A stretch of DNA of 64,000 bases, taken from assembly GCA_051362555.1 (NCBI GenBank), contig CM120642.1:26040001-26104000 (forward strand), in the 5' to 3' direction. The position numbers and the translations under genes are program-made. Shown piece by piece: positions 40,985 to 52,211 of the stretch. Position 1 is the first letter of the stretch. Each line of letters starts with the position of its first letter. The notes under the pieces are model-generated. The model had not been told where the DNA came from and searched no databases. It worked only from the letters and a program-made list of their open reading frames with translations. This DNA is from Lingula anatina. Taxonomy: Eukaryota > Animalia > Brachiopoda.

Positions 40985-43266
40985 GGAGAGAATAAGGTCC
41001 ATAGGCCTAAAGGTCTATAGTGTTTGAACTTGTTGATTCTTTTCCTTATCTTCTTATGCTTGGAAAGGCCTGAACCATTTTATCTTAAGATATTAGGTAT
41101 TTATTTCAAGGCATACACAGTGCGAAGGATGTGTTCATCACTAAGAAATGAACCTCAACGGTCAGAAAATGATAAAATTGTTTCCTGTTTGAACAGATGT
41201 ATTATATGAGGAGTGAAATATATTTGAACTTGTATTTGATAAAGTAAAACTAAGATTAAAGGATTATTCATGCAAGACCAATCGTAAATGTCTTCAAGAA
41301 TTGGCACTATGTGTAATGAATGCAGCAGCTGATTGTTGATATAGTCACATTATAGCTCATTGCTATATAGTATATGGTCTTAAATTGTTGTAAATATGTC
41401 CTTCTCAATGTTTATATAAAATGTTTATATTTTGCTAGTGCTTGTAGTCAGTTAGTGCTTACATATATACATATTGTACATTGACATTTCAAACATGATA
41501 CTGCAGATTACAACCACTGTCACTTATCAATTAGTGGTGTGTGTGATACTGTTAATGTTTTGATTTTTCTTTTCGTTTTTCTTTATTTTGTTGTAGATTT
41601 ATGACATCGATGTGCATATAACTTCCAAGATAAATTGCAGTTATTTAAGAAATGACATTTTGATATGGCTTTGGAGAAGTAATTTCAAAGGAAAAGGAGT
41701 GATTGATGTGATTAAGCCAGTGCAATGAAAATATCATGAAAAAAAAAAAAAGAAGGGTATTATGAACTTAATGTACGTCACTGTAGAGAACATGTGATCA
41801 CAAATGATCGATAAAGAAGGCACTGCTCCAACTGTGAACTCTTCCCCTAAGCTTGCACGTAACAATTTTATGTCTGGTTTAAAGCTGATGAAAAAGGTCA
41901 AATAAGCTTAGGAGAGGGAAGAATATGTAATTTTTTCACCAGGTATTAGATATCTTGAAATCAATTTTTTAAACTTATTGGATTATGAAATATAACCTAG
42001 AGTTATTTGGTTCATTTGAAGGCAACAATTAATTGTAAAAGGGGGTACTTTTTGCATAAAAGTAGGCCACATCTCCAAAAAAATTATTGCTACTACAAAA
42101 TGGTCCGGGTCCATCAGTATATTGGATTACGGAAACTCCATCTTCTTCCACAGACTTCATTCTGACACAATTTCTGGATAATTTAATGGACACATTGAGA
42201 AACAGATGTATTTTTATTAAAAAAAAATGGCTTAATAGTATGTCAATTATTTTTATGGTTGATGCTTTTTTTACCATTTTATTACCACAACTATCACAAC
42301 TGTATTGCTAAGTATTAGGAGTTTTATTCAGGATAGTGCTATCTTTAATGGGCTGTTTATTATTTTTCAACATTGTGTATATTTAGAATTTATAATATAT
42401 TATATACCCTATTCTTTTAAAGATATCGAAATATGCTCTTGTTTTGCAATTATTGACATCATAATTATCTTGAAAGGATAGGAATGCTCTGGCTTAGTCC
42501 TGAAACTTCATCATGTAATATTGGTAATTATTATGGTGTACAAATATGACACTACAATCCAAGATGTAAATATATATATGTGAATAAATCGTGCTATTGG
42601 GAAAGTTGCAAGTGTGAAATTGCCTTTAATGACAGACTTAAAAGAATAATTTATGAAGACAACCTTGAGCAGTGATGAAATCTTTTTCTTTTTATTATAT
42701 TTAGGATGTTTTTTCTTTCTAATAATTAACGAATGCAAAGAAATGTTATTTTCAAAAATTATTTTTATGTTGACAAATAGAAATATATGAGCAGACAAGG
42801 GCATTGTTTGATGATCGAGTGCATTTTTCTAGTTATATGGACCGATTTCATAAGATTTCTACCAATATTTGACCTTAAACAGAGATATGAGATATAATGT
42901 TTTGTTAGTAATGTTGAAATCCTGTCATATGTCATTTAAAAAACATTGACTGGCAGTTTTCAAAACAATGTATAAGGGGACATGAAGCTGTCATTTTATA
43001 ATCTCAATTAATAAACTGATGATAAACTGAGTCAATCAGCCTCTGTAGTGAAATATGTCAGTGAAATCTGTTCCATTAATTACATGTAATGTCAGTTGTC
43101 TTTTGTCTGGATGTGTCACATACAAGAAATGTCAGACACCATCTTGGTGGTTAGCAGCACAACCATTCTTCTCTAACACATTGTGTTTGGCAGTGAATTT
43201 GCAATTTGCTTATTTATCTATTCTTTGGTTTCTTTGTTCATAATTATAACAATAGAGTATTTTGTC

Positions 43267-43310
43267 AATAAACTATGTATTAAGTATTGTGCAGTGTTGT
43301 GTTTAGTTTT
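43267..43310 (+). terminator. Candidate distal poly(A) signal with GU-rich downstream element
   Basis: AATAAA at 43267 followed by tgtgcagtgttgtgtttagttttt. Confidence 0.35.
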
Positions 43311-44480
43311 TAAAAAGTATTAAAAAGGAGAAACGCAATGAAAAAAGATTAATTTAGGATATGATTTTTGCCTCAATTCTTTTCAGTATGCAACAACACA
43401 AAATGTATAACAAACCTTTCACATTTAAAAATATTCCATGAACTTTGGAAAGTTACAAAAGGCACAGCCAAAATATTCCCTTGACAAAATAACAAAAACT
43501 CTGCATCAATGTGACATATTGAATATTTTAGGAAGTGCAGTTGGTCTTATTTATTCAACCAAATGGATGATGCTCGACATTAAGTGCATGTTTTTAATTT
43601 TTCATAAAGTTCAGTTCATGATATGGCATTTATTTGTGCAAAAACATTTGTTCTCCATGACAAATTAGGTCATGTTTGCTTTCTCTATATCCAGCTGACT
43701 TGGGGTCAATTGAGCATCGCTGAAGATCTTGCTTCCTTTAAATGAATCCGTTTTTCTTCCCTCATCTCATAAAAATTTGTTACTCAAAAATGCATCATTC
43801 TGATAATATTTACAAATCTAGGTAATCCTACATTATTGTGACAACTTCATATTTCATATGCTTTCAAAACGTATTAAATGCAAAAGCCCTGGTCCATCTG
43901 TAGGTATTGAATTGAGAAGTAATAAAAAAAAAAAAAAAACACCTAGTTTTACACAATTGCAATGAACCTGCCTTAGCACCATGTTTGTAAAAAAAATGAT
44001 CTTGGCAATTTGCCTTATACAGTATATGTAAAATAATAAACAATACTGAAAGCAGAAAAACTTAACATATGAAACTTTACAGTAAATGGCATCAAATGGA
44101 CCACTTCTGTTAAAAATAATACATTTCAATACTGCTATCACACAATAATAAACTGCAACATCTTGGTTGCATACTTTTTTCCTGTGAATTGCATACTTAT
44201 CAAAGAATGACATCCATTTTCCCAATTAGAGCAATTCTGCTCAAAACCTTACCATTTCAGCATTATGAGATATGTTTAACCAACAATAAATATTAAAAAA
44301 ATAAATAAAGCTGCAATAAATAAATAAATAAATCTTATCTCAACCAGTACATTGCAAACTGAGCATTCTTAATTTAAACATTCGCAACTAATTTGGTACA
44401 TGATAATACATTTATATGGTGCTACACATAAATCCTCTAACATAATTTCATTTTCAAAAAAAAAAAAAAAAGATTATAAA

Positions 44481-45391
44481 TCAATTTCCAAAACCTGGCA
44501 ATGCATTCCTCCAGCCTTTCTTTAAAAGATCAGAGAACTCCTGTACCAGTGGTTTGTATTTAGTATAGTTGGCCATGTTATGATCCTCTAATGGGTCACT
44601 TTCTCTCAAATACAACTCCCTTGCATGGACGTCTGACCAGTTAGCTCTGGCGTGATGACTATCGAAGCCCACCCACTCTGTGTACCTGTATTTGTCAGTT
44701 CTCATGCTGTATCCCATAATTTTTATATCTGACACTCGTGGCTCATCGCTATTCTTTTGGGGAATGTCAGAAGGGCGAGGATACTGACTAAAAGTAGCAT
44801 TTTTCCACTTAAGAGTGTATCTACTCGACACACCACCTTGCCCGATCCTGGTTAAATTTCTCATCAGAGGTGTCAAACTTGTCCCCTCTGTGCAAAGAGG
44901 AATTAGGTGAACCCAAGGGGATCTTGGGCAGAGAGGAGGTACCCGCAAACCAGCCAAATCAGAAACAGATGGGAAAATGTCCACAAACTCAACTAACGCA
45001 TCTATCTCATAACCAGTCCCATTCTTGTCTGCTTCATATTTGTTTCCATTGAAAGTTCCAGGACTTCTGAAATGATGCACATCCAAACTTTTTCTGCCTT
45101 TGAAGTTGTTTGTAGCAAGTTGTGAAGTTAATCTTCTTACATTCATTTTCTCTTCTACATCATTGTTTTGGATTTGTGAAAAAAATGAAGCAGCTTTACT
45201 AGGACTTCTCCTGGATGTGTTTTGCGATTCCTGGGAACTTATCCCTGATAGTACATCAATGAAAGGGAACTTCTCTCCTTTATGTGAGTAAGGCACTGTC
45301 ATATTTGGCATGTGGATCAAGAGTGGAGACTTAACTGCCACCTCAAAGTTACTGTACTTGGCCCACTCGCCATGTTCACCCAAAGACCAAC
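44481..45391 (-). CDS. IDS: IDS terminal exon
   Basis: tatatccag|GT TGG TCT TTG GGT GAA CAT; ORF 44481..45383. Confidence 0.95.
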
Positions 45392-47237
45392 CTGGATATA
45401 GTAAGTAATTAAATATTAAAATTTAGTTGAAGCACACCCACTTTACCTTTTCTATTCAACAAGGCAGCAAAGCTGTCAAATGTACAGATAAAAAGCAGGA
45501 AATAACAAAATAGGCTACTGTCAATTCTGATGCAAAAGTACATTATGTTAAACTGCAAATTCAACATCAAATTCTAATTATGCTCAACAGGTAATACCAA
45601 TGTAAGTAAAATGTGTAACAAACATAAGGCTTCAGGCCCATGGGAGTTCAAGTTCACCCTTTGAAAATGTAAAACTTCCAGAAAAAGAAGTCAATTAGAC
45701 TGCTTTTCCAACTCAGGCTGCATTTTAGTCCTGTATTTCTTTTTTGAAAGTTTGGCAATCATAAGTAACATGGTTTTCCCATAATGGTCATCATGGCAGC
45801 AGCACCCAAAATTGTGTTTTCTTCTATTCTGATGCAATATTACATAATGGTTACCAGCATAATGACAATCAATTTTTAATAATGAAATATACGTATCATG
45901 GATTTTCAGAAAATGTGACAAGCATGGGTCTTCAAGCCTGTGGAACTTCAAAGTCACACCTTGAAAATGTCAATATGTGAAAAATTAAAATTTCACAAAA
46001 AAAACTGTTTAACTGGCAGATTGCATTGCCTACTGAAGCTATATTTTAGTCCCATGTTTCTTTCCTGTAAGTTTGAGAACAGTAAGTGACATAGTTTTTC
46101 TTAAATGGTCATCATGGAAGCAGTGCCCAAAATAGTTTTTTTTTCAAATTTTGATGCAATATTACATAATGTTTAACAGCATAATGACCATCAATTTTTA
46201 ATAATAAAATATTAGTATCATGGATATTCAGAAAATGTGACTAGCAAAGGTCTTCAGGCCCATGGAACTTCAAAGTCACAACTTGAAAATGCCAAAATGC
46301 CATTTTTGAAACTTTATTACACATAACAAAATAACAAATTAACCATCATTTATACAAAATCAACTAACAATGTTGTAAAGATGCAGGAAATGTCAAACAA
46401 ACACTTTTAATATCTTATTAATTAAATAATGAAACTGTTAACATGCCTAAGAATTGAATCTGAGAAAATGTGAAAAAACAACATAACTTCTAAAATAATG
46501 GCCCGATTATGCTGATCTTTTAACTCAACCTTCGTTTTAGAAGGATTGACCACTCCTGTGAGTTTAATGACAATTGGCCTATCTGTTATTCTTATATTGT
46601 GTTTACAGTGTTGCATATATGCTGAAAAGTAAAAAAAAGCATAACTACTAAAATAGTGGCCTGATCATGCCGATTTTCTAACTTGACCTGCGTTTTTGTA
46701 AGATAGATTACTCCTGTGAGTTTCATGACAACAGGCCTATCGGTTTTCCTTGGAATGTGTTTACAGTGTTGCATATATGCTGAAAAGTGAAAAATAAAGC
46801 ATAACTTCTACAATAATGACCCGATCATGCTGATTTTCGAACTTGACCTGCGTTTTATGAATATTCATCAGCTCTGTAAATATAAAGCCAAAAAGTAAAA
46901 CTGCCTTCCACTTATCGTGTTTACAATGAAAGTGCACTGCGCCGGCATCGGCATCGGCATCGCCATCGCCATCGGCGACGACAGACGCAGGTGATGGCAA
47001 TATGTACAGACACATCTGTGTCTGTACATAAAAATTAAATCCTCATTGTTATCATTGGTATTCCCAAAGTAGAATTTATGTGAAAAAATCATCCGACTAG
47101 TGAAAGAAAGCAAATAAAAGGTACAATTTCAAATATGTTGCAATCCAAATTTTAAAAAAATCTTCGCTGAAAGAAAAATAAATCTTTTAATTATAAGATA
47201 ATAAAAATTCTCTCAGAAAATCATAATATCTATAAAA

Positions 47238-47272
<35 letters not shown>

Positions 47273-48809
47273 ATATCTTACCATGATCTCCTACTAGTAC
47301 TATAATGGTATTGTGGGACAGATGATACATGTCTAAAGCATGTAAAACCTTCCCAACTTGGGCATCCATGTATGTGGTGGCAGCATAGTAGCTCTGACGA
47401 ATCAGCATCTGAAAGGCAAATTTTTCAAAGTATTTTTCATCTTATAAGACCTATGCATTTTTATGCTAAACATAATATCATCTGTTTTATCATTAGCAAC
47501 AATTAAACTGCAAATTTTCGATCAATACTTACTCAAGTATTCCTTTGGAAACTTAAAGGGTATATGTGGTTTATGAAAGCCCACAGCCAAAAAGAAAGGC
47601 CTGTGCAATGTTTCAGTGATGTTGTTGATAAAAGATTTGACATAGTTTGCTGTCTGGATGTCAGGTAGCGTCCCCTCTGAGTATGATAAATATGCATTTA
47701 AACTAGTTTCATAATGATCTTCATTACGTATATAAGAAAATCACAAATGCATTATTCGAATTTCATTGTGCACTTTTACCTTCATAATTCATTTTCATAC
47801 TCACAATTATTTTTAAATAATGTACATGTAAAAGCATTATCAATTTTTCCTTTCCCAGCTATTAAAATGCTGGAAGCAAGTGCTGAAAATAAGTCATTTC
47901 ATACTTGGAAATCTTTTGGTATGGGCCCATATGGAAAGCTGAGGTTGAGAGCCTTCACATCATCCCTTTTCCTCAGGTCTGTCCATGGGTTCCAGGCATC
48001 TGAAGGAAGACCTGATGGGATGGAAGGGTCGGGGGCAAGACTTATGTTGGACAAAGGGTACAGTTCTGAAAAAGACATCATTACATGTAAAATTGTACAA
48101 TAAAAGAAACACAGACAATCATACCAGCTAGTTGCTGTTACAGTTGTAACACACTGTTCTTAATCCTTGTACAGGTTTCTTCAATAACAGCACAATGAGA
48201 ACAGAGCCATGATGTAGTACAAAATTTTGGTTTGTCTTACATTCAAGTTCTTGATAGAGAGAGATGGTGAGAAGTAAATACCATTTAATTCAACAATTTC
48301 TACTGACACAAAGTGTCATCATTGATCTTTTTATCAGATTTGTTGTTAGTTTAAAATACGAAAGTAGCCAATAAAAAAAGACATGATTCAATTAAACTGC
48401 AAATTTTCGATCAATACTTACTCAAGTATTCCTTTGGAAACTTAAAGGGTATATGTGGTTTATGAAAGCCCACAGCCAAAAAGAAAGGCTTATGCAATGT
48501 TTCAGTGATGTTCTTGATAAAAGACTTAACATAGTTCGCTGTCTGGATATCAGGTAGTGTCCCCTCTGGTTGAGTGGAGACATCTACAGGACAAATGAGA
48601 TTCATGCCCTTCGTGCCATTTGGACCAGGACATACCTAAAGTATATTAAAATATGTGTGCAATACAGTGCAACGAAGTACCTTATTATTAAAAAAAGTTC
48701 ACTTGCAGAAGGTAAACTCTGTCCCTGGGAGCAGAAGACAAAAGTTAGTTCTCATCTGTATCTGGAGCCTCAAAGTTCTGGCTACAACTACTCTTAATAA
48801 AGCATATTT

Positions 48810-48844
<35 letters not shown>

Positions 48845-50098
48845 CTGTCAAATTAGCTACACAAAAGTGTTGTAAAACCAAATCTTAGACAAAATAATGT
48901 ACATGGTACAGTGACTATACAGGATAACTCTCCCATACCTTCTCCATCTTATATTTAATTGTTGATGGGTGGTAGGGAGGGAGGGTCCAACTGTGGGGGT
49001 AATCATCATCCCCACCCGATGATGCACCTGTAAACAAAACAAATAACATGATAAACATTGAAAGAGTAAGCATTTATCAACAAAATAAACAGTCATTTGT
49101 TCTTACATGTATGTGTTAATTTACAAAATTGCCACCAGATTGCAATTTTCTCAAAATAAAAATGAAAAAGGTATTTGTTTTATAACATTTTAATTAAATA
49201 ACACTTAAAAGGGTACAATTTTTTACTGCAATACGGTAACGATTAACACTCATTTAGGTGAAAATTTTCATTTCAATTATAATTTATTACTTTGATCCAA
49301 TATTTAACACTGCATTATCCATGTATCATCCATATCTTTTATTTTATCAGTTAACTAGTTATATTCATCAAATAAAAAGTCAAAAATAAAAATCACACCA
49401 GGATGAAAAACTTTTCCAGCAGACACAGATATATAACCATTGTTCTTGAAATGTTGTGGAAGAGTGACAAAGTTTCCAGATGTTTTACGCCAGTATGAGG
49501 TAGAGTCATACACTCTGAGTGTATCTGGTCTGCGACTCGTCAGGAAGGAATTTCTGCTTGGTCCACAAAGGGCTTGCTGAAAATGACAAAAATAAATCAA
49601 GCTGTGAGATTTTTTTTAATAAGTGACTGGAAACGATATATTAATGTTACTCTTATCACTTATTCTTTTGTGTATTATATGACTTAAAATGCTGCAAAAT
49701 TATCACCTGAAGATCAAATGTCTTTTTCAAAACAGACAAAGGCTTGTTTCTCACTAGGGCAATTCCAATGGCTTTATATCTAGCTGTAAAATATTTTTCA
49801 TAAAATATTTGTTGAAAAATACTAGCATAACACACAAGTACTAGTAAACAATTTTTCAGCATGACATACTGTACACACACTAACATATGTAGCTGCATGT
49901 ACATCAACATTACCTGCACAAATGCATTGTTGAACTTAAATGACTGTCTTGCCAAGTTGTCAATGTTTGGTGTGTGGACCTCCTTGTTTCCATAGCAACC
50001 CAATGCAGGCCGTAGGTCATCCACGACCAAGAAGAGGACATTTGGTCCAGTTGACCTCACTGGTTGCATAGAGTCAGCAATGCCATTTAACCAGATAT
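44481..50098 (-). CDS. IDS: Iduronate 2-sulfatase (whole gene, N-terminal exon unresolved)
   Basis: complement join(44481..45391,47282..47408,47905..48065,48422..48635,48939..49027,49399..49576,49914..50098). Motifs [65 protein letters not shown]. Confidence 0.95.
45626..46290. repeat. ~300-320-bp tandem repeat, about 2.1 copies, in the last IDS intron
   Basis: cttcaggcccatggaacttcaaagtcaca.cttgaaaatg-like anchor at ~45630, 45930 and 46252. Confidence 0.85.
46460..47034 (-). mobile_element. Helentron-associated non-autonomous element (HINE, pearl/CvA/DINE-1-like architecture)
   Basis: T-run, perfect 14-bp IR tatgtacagacaca-tc-tgtgtctgtacata (47001-47030), (gcatcg/ccatcg)n microsatellite, three ~159-bp core tandem repeats. 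Confidence 0.7.
47282..47408 (-). CDS. IDS: IDS exon (127 nt)
   Basis: [22 protein letters not shown]...VGDHG; ctttcag| and |GTAAGA. Confidence 0.93.
47500..47679 (-). pseudogene. Duplicated fragment of IDS exon 5 plus its donor, lying in the intron after exon 6
   Basis: 180-bp direct copy of 48389-48568 (offset 889) with 8 substitutions. Confidence 0.9.
47905..48065 (-). CDS. IDS: IDS exon (161 nt)
   Basis: [53 protein letters not shown]; tttcag| and |GTATGA. Confidence 0.93.
48422..48635 (-). CDS. IDS: IDS exon (214 nt)
   Basis: [19 protein letters not shown]...[22 protein letters not shown]; ctttag| and |GTAAGT. Confidence 0.93.
48939..49027 (-). CDS. IDS: IDS exon (89 nt)
   Basis: [29 protein letters not shown]; ttacag| and AAG|GTATGG. 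Confidence 0.92.
49399..49576 (-). CDS. IDS: IDS exon (178 nt) containing the CxPxR formylglycine site
   Basis: [19 protein letters not shown]...GKVFHPG; tttcag| and |GTGTGA. Confidence 0.95.
49914..50098 (-). CDS. IDS: IDS exon with the metal-binding DD motif (5' boundary less certain)
   Basis: [20 protein letters not shown]...TPNIDNLA...NNAFVQ|GTAATG; phase-1 acceptor catttag|. Confidence 0.85.
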
Positions 50099-50689
50099 CT
50101 AAATGTAAATTTAGATTTTAGTCATTTAAATGATTATCAAAAAATAAATTATATATAAAATAAAATAAACACACAAATAATGATGTTAATAAAGGAGGAA
50201 TACTATTACTTGTATATTTTTCTTCAATATACAGCTTAATATATCTGCATACAAATTTCAAGTCTCAAGCTCAATAAGAAAATAAGAATCATGTATGCAC
50301 CAAAATTCTACCCATAAAGAAAACTGTGTCCTAGCAAAAAGACTTTGTGTCCCTCAAAAAAGACTTCATCCACCACCTAGTTTAAAACAGTCTGCAAATT
50401 ATAGTGATTTTTATTTCAAAATTTAAATTTGAATTTACTCACAAAATGTAAACATTGAGCAGCAAATGGTGCGGATTCGTATTTTACCATCCTCCATGTC
50501 AAGTGACAGTTAGGAAATATGTTCTGGGTGAATGTCTCATCTTCATTTCTTATATAACAATTCAAAGTCCTTTTAGATGTAGGGTAAGAAAGCACTGATA
50601 AAATAACCACGGTCATTGCAAGCAGTCATTTCATGCTTGTTCAGATGAAACTAGGTCGACATCTAGGTCAAGGTCTCCAAACGTTGCCC

Positions 50690-50820
50690 AGGGGATGTAA
50701 ATAGAAAAACATTTTTCATTGGTTAGTCTACATTACTTATCCAATCAGCAGGGTCGATACAAAATATACTTGACATTACCTCAGCCATTTTGGAAATTGG
50801 AAGCTGTTTATTTCTTCAAG
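50690..50820. promoter_or_regulatory. Bidirectional promoter IDS(-)/TXNDC9(+)
   Basis: Opposed CCAAT boxes (ATTGG 50718, CCAAT 50741), YY1-like GCCATTTT 50784, + strand donor AAG|GTGGGT at 50821. Confidence 0.6.
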
Positions 50821-51533
50821 GTGGGTGAAATTCAGAAGTTTAAAAAATATTAATAATGTGTTAAGAGTTCTGATTATCCCATTTTACCTGATTCATCACG
50901 TTTAAATATTGAACCGTCGTTTTAACTTGAGAGGTTGTGCTTCAGTAGCATGAATGGCCTGGTCTAGTAAGTTCCACTATCCAAATACATTTTACACTCC
51001 TTGCATATGTTATAATCTTATCAAATGAATAATAAATCTCTAATTATGTCTATCAATTTTCACTTTTAACTCCGAAGCAATCTTGCAGTCGCATCATTTA
51101 AAAGTTGAAGGTAGTAGAATTAAAATATCAATTTATATTCAGGTTAGCTAGGTCGCAAGACAGGCAGTCAATAAAGTGTTTTTCCAGGACGAAACGTGGG
51201 AAGTTTTTCTGTCAAGATATGCCTCCATTTACTGTGTATCGTCACTAATAGAATATCAAAATTTAGATATAAGCATTTATTAACCACATTTTAGATCCTC
51301 CCTCACTTTGATCCTGTGTGTGGAAAAGGGAATAGTATCAGAAAAGCAGACAACTTTTTGATTTTGAAAAGATGATTTTTAATTCATGCCAAATTGCAGT
51401 TGATACTGTTACCAGTATCAGCATAATGCTTATGATTTTTTTAATCACACACACTCACCATTTGACAAATAATATTGATTTTGTTTTAATTCACATCTCA
51501 ACTTTCTATTCCAGGTAAGGAAAATTTGTAACA

Positions 51534-52211
51534 ATGGCTGGCATAGAAAAAATGATGGAGAACCACTTGCTACAGGCTACCCAGGCCATTGAAGACCAAT
51601 TAGATAATGAAATCAACAAGCTTGACCGTATGGATCAAGATGAGATGGAACAGCTGAGAGAAAAACGTCTTCAAGCTTTGAAAAAACAAGCAGCACAAAA
51701 AGAAGAGTGGATAGCTCAGGGTCATGGGAAATACTTTGAAGTCCCAGATGAAAAGGCTTTCTTCGATGAATGCAAAAAGAGCAAGAATGTTGTTTGTCAC
51801 TTCTACAGAGACAGTACTTTCAGGTGCAAAATAGTAGACAAACATTTAGAGATCCTGGCAGCCAAACACATAGAGACAAAATTCATCAAAATTGATGCTG
51901 AAAAATGTAAATTTCTAGTTGAACGTCTTCGTATTGTAGTCATTCCAACCATCTGTCTGGCAAAAGATGGAAAGACTGTTGATTATGTTGTTGGTTTTGA
52001 CGATCTTGGTGGAACTGATGAGTTTTCCACAGAGGTGTTAGAGTGGCGCATCGCCAGGGCAGACGTCATTAATTATAGTGGTGACTTGCTCCACCCACCT
52101 GGCTCTGAGGACAGAAAGAAAGGAAGAAGTGTACTTGGCATGGATAGAAAGAAGAATTTAAGAGGAAGAAATGATGATGATGATATGAGTGATGATGATG
52201 ATGACTGGTAG
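51534..52211 (+). CDS. TXNDC9: Thioredoxin domain-containing protein 9 (phosducin-like protein 3, APACD)
   Basis: 225-aa ORF with GHGKY, VVCHFYRDSTFRCKIVDKHL, ETKFIKIDAEK, VVGFDDLG, LEWRI and acidic tail; UTR-intron acceptor ttccag| ends at 51514. Confidence 0.96.
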   Translation: MAGIEKMMENHLLQATQAIEDQLDNEINKLDRMDQDEMEQLREKRLQALKKQAAQKEEWIAQGHGKYFEVPDEKAFFDECKKSKNVVCHFYRDSTFRCKIVDKHLEILAAKHIETKFIKIDAEKCKFLVERLRIVVIPTICLAKDGKTVDYVVGFDDLGGTDEFSTEVLEWRIARADVINYSGDLLHPPGSEDRKKGRSVLGMDRKKNLRGRNDDDDMSDDDDDW

